From contig NC_057718.1 of the NCBI RefSeq assembly GCF_004010195.1, positions 4,309,774 to 4,373,773 on the forward strand: a DNA stretch of 64,000 nucleotides, given 5' to 3'. The position numbers and the translations under genes were made by a program. The stretch is from Chiloscyllium plagiosum (lineage: Eukaryota). The stretch's first letter is position 1. Each line of letters opens with the position of its first letter. Below are positions 1-14,719 of this stretch, in pieces. The notes beneath the pieces are model-generated. The model did no database searches and had not been told where the DNA came from. It was given only the letters and a program-made list of their open reading frames with translations.

Positions 1-746
1 TTGAAAGTTGAGTACAGGATTAAGGATAGGATTCTTGGCAGTTTGGAGGAACAGAGGGATCTTGGTGTGCAGGTACATAGATCCTTTAAAATGGCCACCC
101 AAGTGGACAGGGTTGTTAAGAAAGCATATGGTGTTTTGGCTTTCATTAACAGGGGGATTGAGTTTAAGAGTCATGAGATCTTGTTGCAGCTCTATAAAAC
201 TTTGATTAGACCACACTTGGAATACTGCATCCAGTTCTGGTCACCCTATTATAGGAAAGATGTGGATGCTTTGGAGAGGGTTCAGAGGAGGTTCACCAAG
301 ATGCTGCCTGAACTGGAGGGCTTATCTTATGAAGAGAGGTTGACTGAGCTCGGACTTTTTTTCATTGGAGAAAAGGAGGGGGAGAGGGGACCTAATTGAG
401 GTATACAAGATAATGAGAGGCATAGATAGAGTCGATAGCCAGAGACTATTTCCCAGGGCAGAAATGGCTAAGGCTTACACGAGGGGTCATAGTTTTAAGC
501 TGTTTGGAGGAAAGTATAGAGGGGATGTCAGAGGTGGCTTCTTTACACAGAGAGTTGTGAGAGCATGGAATCCGTTGCCAGCAGCAGTTGTGGAAGCAAG
601 GTCATTGGGGACATTTAAGAGAATGCTAGACATGCATATGGTCACAGAAATTTGAGGGTACATGCATGAGGATCAATGGTCGGCACAACATCATGGGCTG
701 AAGGGCCTGTTCTGTGTTATACTGTTCTATGTTCTATGTTCTATGT
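1..746 (+). mobile_element. CR1 LINE 3' end
   Basis: RPHLEYCIQFWSPY...LERVQRRFT; (TTCTATG)n tail at about 724-746. Confidence 0.92.
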
Positions 747-1979
747 CAGCTTCAATCTGTAAAACTAGTTTCTCACCTTGGTGTTGTGCTTTGTCAGATT
801 TCTGCTTTTGGTTAACCATTTTCCCATTGTAGTCTGTGGTCTGTGCAGGTATTTTCCTCTCTGTTTGTGATTTCTGTCAGGTTTCCTTTCTGATTTAATC
901 TTTGCACTGAGGTTAGTCAAGACAGAGTGAGACAGTTGTCAGAAAAAGGAGGGAGTCAAGAATTTGCATAATAAATAGGAAGGTGGAGGTGGGGTGAGGT
1001 CACAACTGGCTTAGCCATGGTCTAACTAATTGGTGGAGCAGGTTTGAAGGAGTGAATGGACAACTCTTGTAGCCTTACCCTTCAAGGTGCCTTGAGTTTG
1101 CCCATCCATCACTTTTAACATTCACTTCCTTCACAGTAGCAGCAGTGTGTATCATCAACAAGATGCATTGCAAAAATTTATCAAGGATCCTTAGATAGCA
1201 CCTGCCAAACCCACGACCATTTCTATCTGGAAGGACAAGGGCAGCAGATACATTGGAACACCAGTCTCTGCAAGTTCCCTCCAAGCTACTCACCATCCTA
1301 ACTTGGAAATACATCACCATTCCTTCAGTGTCGCTGGGTCAAAACCTTGGAATTCCCTCCCTAAAGGCATAGAAGGTCAACCCACAGTACATGGACTGCA
1401 GCAGTTCAAGAAGGCAGCTCACCCCACCTTCTCAAGGGGCAACTAGGGATGGGGCAATAACTGCTGGTCTGGCCAGTGATGCCCAGATGCCAGGAATGAA
1501 TATTTTTGAAATCCCACCAGATTGCATGTTGATAACATTGCTAATTAATCTTGACTCATTACACAATACTGGATCGAAAATAGTATTATAAGCGAAAGTG
1601 AGGACTGCAGATGCTGGAGATCACAGTCAAGATTAGAGTGGTGCTGAAAAAGGACAGCAGGTCATGGCAGCATCCGAGGAGCAGGAAAATCGACATTTCG
1701 GGCAAAAGCCCTGCATCAGTCCTGCTCCTTGGATGCTGTCTGACTTGCTGTGCTGTTCCAGCACCACTCTAATCTTGACTAAAATACTTGTATGTCTAGT
1801 TGGCTCCACAACACATGGCCTTGTGAAACTGTCAGAAAAACATTCCACACAGGAATTTAACAGAGAATGAAACATGGTTTCAAGTAGTTGTTTGCAGTAT
1901 TTAAATTTGATCAATAAAAATCTGCTATTGACAGCTAGGCTCAGTTATGATGACCATGAAGCCACCATGTTTTCATTAC

Positions 1980-2490
1980 GATACCATTTCATTGAAGACA
2001 GTTCAGAGAAGGTTCACGTGGATGATCCCTGGTGTGGAGGGATTGTCTTATGAGCAAAGGCTGAACAGGTTGGGATTTTACTCACCGGAGTTTAGAAGAA
2101 TGAGAGGTGATCTTATTGAAACTTATCCAATTCTTACGGGGCTTTTCAGGGTAAAAGGATGTTGCCCCTCATGGGAGAGTTTAAGACCAGAGGGCAGAGT
2201 GTCAGAATAAAGGGCCATCAACTTAAGACTGAAAGAAGGAGAAATTTCTTCTGTCAGTGGATTATAAGTCTTTGGAATTCATTGCCATAGAGAGCTGTGG
2301 GGGAATCTGCCCACAATGTATATTTCAGGCTGAGACAGACATATTCTTGATCATTCGGGGAATCAAGGGTGATGGGGTAAAGGGGAGGAAGGTGGAGATG
2401 AGGAATGTAGGATCAGCCATGAACATATTTGCTGGCAGAGCAGGCTTGAGGGGCCAAATGGCCTACTTCTGTTCGTATTCTTTGTTGTAT
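1980..2490 (+). mobile_element. CR1 LINE 3' fragment
   Basis: VQRRFTWMIPG...RMRGDLIE motif. Confidence 0.85.
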
Positions 2491-5196
2491 TATTGTCCTT
2501 TAGGGAAAGAAATCTGCCATCATTACCTATCTGACCTACATGTGATTCCAGACCAACAGCAATGTAGTTGCTTCATAACTGCTCTCAAGAAAGCCACTCA
2601 GCTGAAGGGCAATCAAGGATTATACCTATTCACTTGGCACTCCCCCAGTTATTACATTGTCTTTGTCACAAATTCCAATAATTTATTGTGTAATGCCATG
2701 TACAACTAAGCCCAGCTGGGAGGCCTATAAACCATCACCAGCTTTTTCTGAACCTTGCTCGGCATGATCTCCACTCCTACTGTCTCAACACCATCACCAC
2801 TGTTGCATTGTCATCCTTTATTCTCAGGTCTACCTCCCATCCTTTACTCAGACCTCTCATATATTAAAGTTGATATTTCTCTGCGCCTTCTCTGTAGCTG
2901 TAACACCAAATTCTGCATTCTGTTCAATTACCCTGATCTACTTATGGAAGGTATGATTTGTATGGTTAGCATGCAAAACAATACTTTTCACTGTATCTCT
3001 GTACATATGACAATAATAAATCAAATCAAATCAAATCATTCTGTCTGCCTTTTAAAACTATGAGATTTGTGGAATGGGGCTTCTGTTTAGATTGTCACCA
3101 TGTAACAGTTTGATTGAAACCCTTTTGTTCCTTTCTCTCTCACAGTGTTGCTACCAAAGCCAGTATTTGTTGCCCATCCCTAATTGCCCTTGAACTGTGT
3201 GGCTTACTTGACCATTTCAAAGTCCACCACATTGCTTTGGGTCTGGAGTCACATGTAGGTCAGAAAATGTAGCAGATTTCCTTCCCCAAGTGGCATTAAT
3301 AATCCAGATGGGTTTTTTAATAACAATCAATGATAGTATCATGATCACCATCACTCAGTCTAGCTTTCAAGGGCAAATTTTGTAAAATCAAACTTAAATT
3401 CCACCAAATACTTCTTGAACCCATGTCCCCGGATCAGTATCCTAGGCCTCATGTGCATTAATCTCTTCACCTTCCCACTACACAACCATCTCCCTTTCTA
3501 TTGACCTGTCTTTGTGCCAAAATGATGCAATGTGTTTTAATTTACAGTTCCCTGCAAGGACCTCACTCTCTGATGCGCTATTTACTGCCAAACTCAATTA
3601 CAATAATGAGGACAAAATGTACACTGAGGAATCTCCTGTCAAAGCGCTCCCATTAAAATAATTTACATTTTTACTGTTTCTCGTTTCCCATGAATTAGTG
3701 TGAAGTGAGATTTCGATCCAGGTCAAGTTAGATAAACCTCCACACAGATAGTCTGTCCTCACAAAAATGATCTATTCTGTTGCTGCAGCCTTTATGTTTA
3801 GATTTTTAAATCTCCCTTCAGCAGAACACTCCTTGCCTGTCAGTTTAAAGCACATCTCCCTGCCCTGATATTATTAGCTGATGTTATGTTTCTCAACTCT
3901 CACCCTTCCTCTGGACAGGGCATCTATGGTTATCAGTGTTTGTACCTCAACCCTGTAACACTACCTTTCCTTTTATGTTTAACTTTCCAAATCTCTCCCG
4001 ATGAGAACACTGCCCTCTGTTACTGGGCAATGTTGGACTAACAAGGTAGATGAAGGAAGGATGTTCCCAATGGCGGGGGAGTCTGGAACCAGGGGTCATA
4101 GTTTAAGGATAAGATAAACCTTTCAGGACTGAGATGAGGAGAAAAGTCTTTACCCAGAGAGTGGTGAGCCGGTGGAATTCACTGCCACTGAAAGTAGTTG
4201 AAGGCAAAACATTATGTGATTTCAGGAAGGAGGTGGATATAACTGTTGTGGCTAAATAGTTGAAGGGATATGGGGGGGGAGGGGGGGGAGGGTGGGTGGT
4301 GAGGGTGGATGATGGAGGATGGGATTAAGGCTTGATAGTCTCCCATGGTCATATCAAATGGTGGAGCATGCTCAGGGGGTCAAATGTCTACTCCTCCACC
4401 TATCTTCTATATTTCTATGGTTGTTTGACATTATCTTTACAGCTCTCCTGTGAAATGACTCTGTTTGATATCTGAGTACAGGGTTAATCTGGAATCTATC
4501 CAATGGTGCTGATGAGACATCTAGTTTTCCATATCCCCTCAGCTTTATCTAATCCAAATCCACGCCTCCTTCATTGAGTGAAGTCCATTCTCCATCAACA
4601 TCTCCTGTAATATCTCTGCCTATGCCCCACCCCATTCCCACTCCTGACCTCCGGCTGACCCCGGGAATTCACTATTGACATGCCCATCATTCAGAATTTC
4701 CAAAATTGGGACCTTTGGCTTCTCCAAAGTAGGAGAGGCCTGTCAGCCAATCAGAGAGTCAGCTACTGTTCTGCCTCAGCAGCACCACCAGCACCGGTGG
4801 ACAGTTCTGGGACTGCAGCCATAACGAGATGGTTCCGAATGACAAACTGCAACAAAGGTGGGGTGGGCAACAATCCCAAAAAACCTCAAGGTTTGGAGGA
4901 TATTCTTCTTGAGGAGCAGATCTTACTGCTGGAGGAGATGTCGGTTGAGCACGGTGTGCCTGATCTCGAAGACTGCCATGTTATATTGGGAGATCTCCCC
5001 AGGAAGAAAAGCCCCCATTAGGCAGTAGAGGTGGGAAAGTCCCAGTCACAGCAAGTCGAAACACTGCCATCCCAGTGTGCCTGTCCCTGAGGGAGGGTGT
5101 AAGAATCTGGCCACAGAACCCTCCCAAGCAGTCCCTCCCCCGACTGGATGGGATACCCCCCCCACCCCCACCCCAAACACTATTGACAACTCTTAC

Positions 5197-6229
5197 TGAA
5201 AAGTCGGCATCCTCAGCTCGGAGATGGTTGGCGATGTAATGCACTCCTTCCAGTGCCCTGATGATGCTGGGTGATAATGGCAGACTGGCTCCTGTCTGAG
5301 TGATGTTACTAGCCCAGGCTCGGCGGCTGCCATTGACCATCCCCTCCGTGGATCTGCTGGGCTTGAGGCGACACGGGTAGCCAAGGGCACAAGGACTCAC
5401 CAGCCTGGGTTGGCAGGGGGGCAGGCCAAACCGGAGTTCCTCACTCCCTGAGGAAGGGCAGCATTTGGACGGCGCAAACTTTAACTCCAGAGGACTGAAA
5501 TGGTTGGTGAACGTCTCAGTTTTGGGTCTCGGTCTCTTCATGAACAGCCAGCGAGGGATGAAATCCAGGAAGACCTTCTTCACCCACCTGGGCATCTTGT
5601 GGGTGTTGGGCGAGCGGTGGTGGATGTTGAGGACAAAGACAGTGATAACAATGGAGAGCGTGACAAAGATCATGGTGAAGAGCAGGTATTCCCCGATTAA
5701 AGGGATGACCAACGAGGTCGAGGGGATGATTTCTGTAATAAGCAGCAGGAAGACAGTCAGGGACAGCAATACTGAGATACAAAGAGTAATTTTCTCTCCA
5801 CAGGCTGATGGTAAATGGAAGACCAAAACGGTTAAACAGGAGATGAGTAAACAAGGAATGATGAGGTTAATGGTGTAGAAGAGAGGGAGCCTCCTGATAA
5901 TGAAGGAGTACGTGATATCAACATACACCTCAAAGCAACAGTCATACTTCTTGCTGTTATAAACCCCCACTGTGTTGACTATCGCCCACTCGCCACTTTC
6001 CCAGTAGTCCTTAAGGTCTACATTCCTGCCCATGCTCCTCAGATCGATCTTGGACTTGTCGTGCGTCCAGGAGCCAAACTTCATTTTGCAATTCTGCTGG
6101 TCGAACGGAAAGAAGGTAACGTCGATGCTACAGGAGCTCTTGTAGATCGCCGGGGGCACCCACTGTACCTGGCCTGTCGAGAAGAGGTGAGCCTTCGTCA
6201 TGTGTGTCACTGCAAACTCACCATCTGCA
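5197..6229 (-). CDS. chrna2: chrna2 coding exon 5 (Cys-loop, loop C vicinal CC, M1-M3, cytoplasmic loop)
   Basis: [19 protein letters not shown]...[22 protein letters not shown]...YDCC...[10 protein letters not shown], flanked by CAG and GTAAGA. EFAVTHM, LFSTG, CKMK and [13 protein letters not shown] match alpha-2 rather than alpha-4. Confidence 0.95.
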
Positions 6230-6319
6230 CTGCAACAAACAAACAGGGCATGTTTACAGAGCCATTGGGCCCAGGGTTAAATCATCCACAAGGCAAAGCT
6301 CATCCAGCAAATCAATCAG

Positions 6320-7040
6320 AAGACCATAACAACAGGAGTAGGCCATTCATCCCCTCAAACCTGTTCATGGCTGATCCAACATCTCTCACATCTATTTTCC
6401 TGCCCTTTCCCTATAACTCTTGACCCTCAACTGATCAATGATCTATCTGTCTCAGCCTTAAATATACCCAAGGATGCTGCCCCTGCCTCTGTTGTAAGGA
6501 GTTCCAAAGACTCACAACCCTCTTAGAGAAGAAATTCCTCCTTGCCTCAGTCTTAAATTGGTGCCCCTTTATACTGAGACTATCCCTCTGGTTCTAGACT
6601 GTCCCATGAGGGGCAACATCCTCTCAGCACTCACCCTGCCAAGCCCCTTAATTATCCTCTGTATTTCAACAAGGTTGCCTCTCATTTTTCTAAACTCCAG
6701 TGAGTCAAGTCCCAAACTGTTTAGCCTTTGCTCGTAAGACATTCCCTCCAAACCAGGGATTATCCAAGTCAACCTTCTCAGAACTTCTTTCATTGAAATT
6801 ATATCTTCCCTTAAATTAGGGGATGAAAACTGCTGATAATACTCCAGCTGTGGTCTCCCCAGCCCCTTCCACTGTTGCTGTAAGATTTCCCTATGCTTAT
6901 CCTCCACCCATCTTGAAATAAGGGCTAACATTCCATTCCCCTTCCTGATTACCTGCTGCCCCCATACGCTAGCTTTCTGTGTTTCATTCACAAGTTCTCG
7001 TAAGTCCATTTGTGTTGCAGTTTTCTACAGTTTCTGTCTA
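6320..7040 (-). mobile_element. CR1 LINE 3' fragment (chrna2 intron)
   Basis: ORF 6569-7009 encodes a degenerate CR1 ORF2 C-terminus. Confidence 0.85.
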
Positions 7041-9319
7041 TTTAATCCTTGCTCAATTTAATCTAACCATCTCCCCTGAAGGTGCGATCCTTGCAGCTTA
7101 TGTAATTAATTTCAATTTAATGAGCAGCTAAATTTGCATTGATTAAAAGGCTGACAATCTGGAAGGTCTCTTCTCTCTGAGAACAGTGCTGGTTCGATAC
7201 GTTTGACATTCTGAAACTAGTTTGCAGCTGCCAGGTTTTCAGAACTCCCCCATTGGAACCAATCTTGACATACCAGCAAATATACATTCACTAGCTAAAT
7301 ATGTCGATTAAAATCAAAGGAAATCTTTCTATCTGTCAAACAAGCGTGAAATCTCTTCAGACATTTATTCCATAAATCATCAGGGAATAGGTTCTTGTCA
7401 GTTCTTGTTAATTCATTCACAGGCTGTGAGCTCTGCAGGCATTTATCACCCAGACCCAGTGGACCTCAAAGGGTTTATCAAATCAGAGGGCCATCTGCCA
7501 GTTAGAGTGACTGAGGAATGCCGACTCCTCCCTGGAAGAGCATGCCTGAACTCCCTGGGGACTTACGACTGTATGACAGCTTTCTGGTCACATCTACCGA
7601 GACCAGCTTCACACATCCCGAATTTTCAAACGTGTTGGGATGTGAACGCTCTGGCTCAGGATTATGAAGATGGACCCCAAGGTCACCAATCCCATGTCAG
7701 AGTTTAGCCAACGCCCTGACAGCCGGCTGGCTCCGAGCAGATTATGGTGAAGCGGATTGGGATGGCACAATGGCTCAGTGGTTAACACTGCTGCCTCCCA
7801 GCGCCAGGGACCCGGGCTCAATTCCATCTTCGGACGATTGTCTGTTTGGAGTTTGCACGTTCTCCCCAATTGTGTTTCCTCCAGGTGTTCCAGTTTTCTC
7901 CTACAATCCAATGATGTATGGATTAGGTGGATTGGCCATGCTAAATTGCCCATAATGTCCGGAATGTAAATTAGTTGGATTAGCCATGGGCAATGCAGAG
8001 TTACAGAGATAATGCTCTTGAGAGGGTTGGTGGGGACTCGATGCTTCAAACGGCCTGCATCCTGGGGGCATTCTATGAAGCAGAAACAATAGCAGTTACT
8101 TATAGGTGACTGCATTCTCCAAAGACTGAAAGTTGAACCACAGGCTACCCTACAACTCAGTAAACTGTTATATTATTAATCTGGTACAGATTTGACCATT
8201 GACTGGCATACAGAAAGATGACAATACTGCAGCTGCATGGCCACAAGCATTTACCAGTATCTCGCTCCCTCTCTCTCTCTCTCTCTCTCTCTCGAATGGA
8301 ATAACCCCATGGCTGTGCTATATCAAGAATCCTTGTCCACTCTGGTGATGAATTACCATGGGTGACAATGACAGATATGGTGAACTTTACCTGGTCGGGG
8401 GCGCGCACACACATTCCAGGAAGAGTTCTGGATTGTTTCTGGATGAGACATGTGGTATAATGCAGAAGATCCACCATAATCTTACTGACAAGCAGAGGAA
8501 GGTCAATAGGTTAAATGGCCTCTTGCTGTTTCTAATGGATGAAAACTGGAAAGTCTTTATTTATTTGATTTAAATAATCTGAGATAGTAGAACAGAAGAG
8601 GTACATTCAGCCTATTCAGTTCATGCCAACCCTCCACAGAGCAATATCATCAGTGTCCTTTCCCCAACCCCCAGATTAAATCCCTATTGCACATTTGATT
8701 TCTTTCAAGTGTCCATTAAAATTCCTTTGAACATCATTGATCATTTCTGCTTCCAGCACCTTGCTGGGCAGCAACAATCCAACTCATTCCCACTAGCTAG
8801 GTCACATGTGAAAGTTTTCCTCATATTCACCCCCTCCACCTCCTGTAGCCCTTACCCCAGACTTTAAAGCTATGCCTCCCCTCCCCTTATCCTTGTCCCA
8901 TCAGTCAAGGGAAAAATTTCCCTAATCTGTCTTATCCAATCCTGTTATAATCTCATCCACCTCGGTCTAATCTCCTCTCAAAGTCCTTTACATCAAGGAG
9001 AACTATCCCAGCTCCTTAAACGACCACTACTCTCATTAATCTTGCTAAAATGACCATAACCAAATAAACTTCTGCCTCACTGAAGCCTTGTAAGGGTTCA
9101 ACATCACTTCCCTACTTTTATATTCATTGCCTTTATTTATAAACCCCAAGATCCCATATCCCTTGCTAACCACTCTCTCAATATGTACAACTACCTACTA
9201 AGACTGATGCACACACAACCCCAGGATCTCTGTCCCTACACATTCTTTCGGATTTAAGTCCCCTTTTTCTTCTGTATTAATCCCAGAGGAATTTCGCCCA
9301 AGGAGACTGTAAAACTCAC

Positions 9320-9429
9320 TTGTTGTAAAGAACAATGTCAGGAATCCAGATCATTTCAGAGGGGACACGGATTGAAGTTACATTGTCAAACTCTGCAGGA
9401 TCCCATGTGAGTTTATAATCATACCATTC
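9320..9429 (-). CDS. chrna2: chrna2 coding exon 4 ([36 protein letters not shown])
   Basis: Canonical 110-bp exon with the loop A WxPDIVLYN motif, flanked by TAG and GTGAGT, ending in phase 2. Confidence 0.96.
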
Positions 9430-10839
9430 CTAGAAAAGAAACACAGGTAATCAGGAGGAGTACAGGGCTTTTGTGAGGAGCTGGCACATTGTCTGACAAA
9501 ATCTGAAGGAACAAGATCAGTGAAAGTAGAGTGGAAGCTACAGCCAGCCACTGTGAACCCCAGCCCAGTGTGATCAATTTTACAGAATACATTTTTATGT
9601 TTTTATTCATTCAGGGGATGTAGGTGTTGCTGGCCAAGCCAACATTTATTGCCCATCCCTAGTTGCCCCTTGGTGGGGGTGAGCTGCCTTCTTGAACCAC
9701 TGCAGTCCATATGGGTTGACCCACAATGCTTTTAGGGAGGGAATTCCAGGATTTTGACCGAGTGACACTGAAGGAATGGCGATATATTTCCAAGCCAAGA
9801 TGGGGAGCAGCTTGGAGGGGAACTTGAAGGTGCCTCATCCTCTAGATGGAAGTGGTCGTGGGTTTGGAAGGTGCTATCTAAGGAGCTTTGGTGAATCTTT
9901 ACAGTGCATCTTGCAGATGCTACACACTGCTGCTACTGAGTGTCGATGGTGGAGGGAATGGATGTCTGTGCATGTGGTGCCAACGAAGTGGCTGCTTTGT
10001 CCTGGATGGTGTTAAGTTTCTTTACTGTTATTGCAGCAGCCCCCATCAGGCAAGTGGGGAGTATTCCATCACATTCTGGATTTGTGCCTTGTAGATGGTG
10101 GACAGGCTTTGGGGAGTCAGGAGATCAGCTACTTGCTGCAGAATTCCCAGCCTCTGACATGCTCTTGGAGCCATTGTGTTTATGTGGCAAGTCCAGTCAA
10201 ATTTCAGATCAGTGGTAACCTCAAGGATGTTGAAACAAAATGGCATGTCAATAGCTCTGACAAAGGATTAAAATAGAATTAGGCTTAGAGGGATCATCAC
10301 ATCAATTTTTTCTTTTCACCCATGGGACTGGGCATTACTGGCTAGCCAGTATTTCTTGCCCACCCCTGGCTGCCCTTAAACTGAGCGGCTTGCAGAGGAC
10401 AGTTGAGAGTCAGCCACATTACTGTGGCCCTGGAGTCACATGTAGACCAAACCAGGTGAGGAGGAAAATTTTCTTCCCTCAAGGTCATTAGTAAACTAAA
10501 TGGGCTTTTCCCAATAATCGACAATGGTTTCGTGTTCATCAGAAGTTTCATAATTCCAGATTTTGTTTTAAACTTGAATTCAAATTTCACCATTTGTCGT
10601 GTCAGGATTTAAACCAAGGTCCATAGAACATTAGCTGAGTTTCTGGTTTAATACTTTAGCAATAATATCATTAGGGCATCACCTCCCCAAAGTCACAGGT
10701 TCAGTTCCTCCCGTGTAAGGCTGTGACTCATTAATCTGCAAGACCCACGCCAACAAATTCATCCAAACCCAAACCTCACCACCTACATGTTCATCAAACA
10801 TCAATCCTGACTAGCAGTTCTACAAAGTTTACACCACAG

Positions 10840-11010
10840 ATCCATGAGGATCCATACTATATACCTGTAGGTCCATCAGCTCACCAATTCACCCAAACAG
10901 GTCCACCAGATCTCCAGTCAACCCAAACAGACCCATCAGATCCAAAATTCACTCAAATAGGTCCACCAGATCTCCAATCCACGCAAACAGGTCCATCTGA
11001 TCTCTGGTCT
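10840..11010. repeat. Degenerate about 30-bp tandem repeat
   Basis: Repeated CCAAACAGGTCCACCAGATCTCCA. Confidence 0.7.
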
Positions 11011-11355
11011 AAAGGGACAGAGATGAATGCCCAGTCAACACTTGGATCCTGAAATCCCTGAAGCCTAGTGGCCGACTAGGGAGGGAGCAGTTCGAAGCTC
11101 AGTGTCTCAGAGCAGGGCCTCGGAACTCACTTGGGAGCTCATAACCACTGGGTCCTAGCAGCCTCTGCCTAAAGGCCACGGACCTGGCCTTGGGATGGCT
11201 CCTTCTGGGGACTTGCTGTGGATCTCCTCAGGGGATTAGTCCCTGTTCCTGTCAAGACAGCTTGTAAAGAATGTTGGGTGATCCCCCAGTGAGGGGATCA
11301 CAGCGATATAGAGATCACAGGGGTAGGGGATTTTCCCTTTCAAAAACACACATAC

Positions 11356-11400
11356 CTGCTTGAGCCAAACGTTAGTTGTCATCATCTGGTTTTTCTCATC
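11356..11400 (-). CDS. chrna2: chrna2 coding exon 3 (DEKNQMMTTNVWLKQ)
   Basis: Canonical 45-bp nAChR exon flanked by AG and GTATG. Confidence 0.96.
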
Positions 11401-14400
11401 CTATTTCAAGAAAAGGAAGGGAAAAGATAACAATTAATCACTACTTTATAACCAATATAACAATAAGACAGTGGCATGGATCAATAATATTACAACAGAA
11501 ACTTCTCTGCATTGCGTTGGTGAGTAAATTCAAGCCGATTCATTAGACTATTGCCCTGTTGTGTTCATTTATTCAAAGGATGTGGCATCGCTGGCTAGGC
11601 CAGCATTTATTGCCCATCCCTAATTTCCCAGAGGGCAGTTAAGGGTCAACCACATTATTTGTGGGTCTGGAGTCACATGTAGGTCAGACCAGGTAAGGAT
11701 AGCAGTTTCAATCTCTGAAGTCCATTGGTGTCTCAGATGGGTTTTCCAACAATCAATTCATGGTGATAATTTGACTCATAATTCCAGGTTTTTATTGAAT
11801 TCAAGTTCTACAGCTAATGTGGCAGGATTCAAACCTGGGTGCCCAGAAGAATACCTGGGTCTCTGAATTAACAGTCCAATGATAATATGACTAGGCTATC
11901 CCCTGTTTCAGGTGATATGAAGTCATTTTTAAACAGTTGCCTTTTTACAACTAACCACAAATAGGACCATAAATATGTATTTATGTAGCACCTCTTGCCA
12001 TGTTATAATGTCCCAGAAGTACTTCAGAGCCAATGAATTGCTTTCAAAAAGCAATCGCCAGTGTAAGTGTGGGAAATGTGGGAGCCAATTTACAAACAGG
12101 AAGTTCCCACAAACAACAGCGTGGCAATGAGCTGCCTTCACAGGTACTAATTGAGGGGTAAATATTGAGCAGCACCTTAGGAAGAAAGCCCCTGTGATTC
12201 TCAGAAACAGTGCCATGGGATTGTCTTCACCCACATGAGAGGGCAGCAGTGTGAGTGCAAATCTGAAAATGTGTATGGGCTGAATGAAGGGACGTGAGGG
12301 AGACTGGGAGTTGCCCGTCCCTCTCAGGCGAGAGTGAACGTTTTCTGCTCTAATAATTTGTATCTAAGGGAGACATTTCTTTAATCTGCATTTGGTCTAA
12401 TGGGCAGTCAACCAATGCAATCATTCCAGTTCTCGTTATGATGTTCTGCAGTTGGAATGTCTGTGGCATGTGCGGTCTGTACTAGCCTCTGGCAGATAAC
12501 TGAAGCATAAGGAGAAACCTAATGGATTTCAGTGTGCTGATTGAGCACAGAGCAGCCTTCTCTGGACTGCAGAGACTGAAGTGTCAACATTAGCATCCTT
12601 TCTCCCTCCCTCATCCAAGTAATTTCCCTTCTGATAACAGACAAAATAATGGTCAGTTTAGAACCAACAAAAACTGACATTTATATAGCAATGTGAATAT
12701 AATGAAACACCACCAGCTCCTTCCCAAGACGTTTATAAAAGAAAATACCTCACTGAGCCACAAAGAAACATTAGGAGAGACCACCAGAAGATTGGTTAAG
12801 GGGATAGTTTTTAACGAGAGGGTTATAGGAGGGAGGTGAGGTAGAGATATGAATTGTATTTCAGAATTCAGGACCAAGGCAGCTTAGGGTGGAGTATTTC
12901 AAATCAGGATCGACAAGAGGCTAAAACCAAAGGGATACTAAGATCTCAGTGGCTTGTGGAGCTGGAGGAGATGACAGCAATAGACTGGGGTTTTGGAAAT
13001 AGGAGAGAAAATTTTTAAGATGAAGATATTGCTTTATAAGATCCAACTCATTGTTCAAGTTCAGATAGTCAGAGATGGCAGACTATTTAACCATGGAGGT
13101 CTCACTGCAGTCAAGTCTGATAAGAATGGGAGGGGGAAGTTTGTGCGGAGTCAGAACCAAGTCTTGTCCCTTATCTCAAGACCAAAGCCCTGGCCACTTT
13201 ACTGCGAAAAGAGTGGCTCTGAAAGTCAGCTCCAAATGGAAATCCTAGTGCACAGGCCACAGTGTGGTTGGATCTCACTTCCTCTCAGAAGCACAGAGAA
13301 CAGCAAACTGCTTAATTTTGTGACAAGGCCAAAGAGATGGTCATATCAACGAAAGGTACAGTTCTAAATATTGTGCAAGAGCAGAGAGACTTGGGAATGC
13401 ATCTACACAGATCGTTGAAAGTGACAGGGCAGTTTGAGAAAATGATTAATATAACACATAAAACCTTGGGATTTATTCGTAAGGAGTAAAATAGCAAAGA
13501 AGCTATGATAAATTTGTGAATAAAACTTTGATTCAATCCAGTGCTTTGTTCTGGACATCGCATTTCAGGAAGGATGTGAAAACCTTATATTGGCTGCAGT
13601 AAGAATTCACAGGAATGTTTACTTTATTCGTTCATGGGACATGAGTGTCACTGGCTAGGTCAGCACTTACTACCTGTCTCTAGTTGCCCCTTGAAAATGT
13701 GGGGGTGAGCTGCCTTCTTGAACCACTGCAGTCCATATTGCTGTAGGTAGACCCACATTGCCTTTAGGAATTCCAGGAGTTTGACCTAGTGATACTGAAG
13801 GAATAGCATAATATTTCTAAGTCAAGATGGAGAGAGTTTGTAGGGGAACTCATTTCTGCTACCTTTGTCCTTCTGGATGGAAGTGACTGTGGGTTTGGAA
13901 GGTGCGTCTCAGGATCCTTGATGCATCTTCTAATGATCTCTGCAGTGTATCTTGTATTTAGTACACACTGCTGTGACTGTACCTTGGTGGTGAAGGGCTT
14001 CGCATTGTGCTATAACCAGTTATACATCCATGAAAGTGTATCTACACAGTTCAGTATTTCCCAGTCCTGTGGCATTAGTACACAGAGCTAGTCACTGGAG
14101 TGTGTTTAACGTAATCCTAGTAATTGTGAGAACATCAGACTGAATGAGAAGGCTCTCAATCCCTACAACACAGATAACAAGACACAAAGTGATGATAAAT
14201 TATTCAACAGACAGCCCATTAAACTTTAATGTCCAACATACTAAATCTTTAATCTGTTTGTTTATTATGTAGTTCCTCCATCTTCATCCTCACAGAGTAA
14301 AAACACCATGCCTGATCTTGATTTGACATCTGTTCTCCCCAAGTCTCTTCATCCCCTCAGCCAACAGCAGACCCTCATTCAGAGCCTAGCTCAGCTCCTG

Positions 14401-14719
14401 CTCCAGCCCTAGTCAACATTGCCAGGAAGCAACCAGCATTCACACATGGGTCACTGAAATCAATCCTGGTTTTGTCCCTTCCTCCAGTCCCTTTCCTGCT
14501 ATACACTGTGGGGAAGAGAAGGGGGGAAAGAAGCTCATTCAATCCTGCACAGAAAGCATAGCCTGTGTGAGTGCACATAACAACAACGACTAGTATTTCA
14601 CTGTGAAATGCACTGGGGTGTCTGAGAGTGTATTGAATGCAACTTAATATTGCCTGAACATTTTGTTATTTTACTTGGTGAGTATAAACACAGTATCAAC
14701 ACAGCACAAACTCCCAGGA

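Noticed and set aside
4786..4808. Second RE1-like motif CAGCACCGGTGGACAG
   Set aside because: 3-nt rather than 2-nt half-site spacing and poor flanks.
4981..5196. C-terminal extension of the 409-aa ORF ([12 protein letters not shown]...)
   Set aside because: Intron read-through past the canonical donor after EDADFS; no M4 similarity.
1..5196. Terminal chrna2 exon (VKEDWKYVAMVIDR, M4)
   Set aside because: Not found by eye; probably outside the window, so this is not evidence of truncation.
8157..8573. Short ORFs in chrna2 intron 4 as an alternative exon
   Set aside because: Flanking exons already join in frame, and there is no nAChR similarity.
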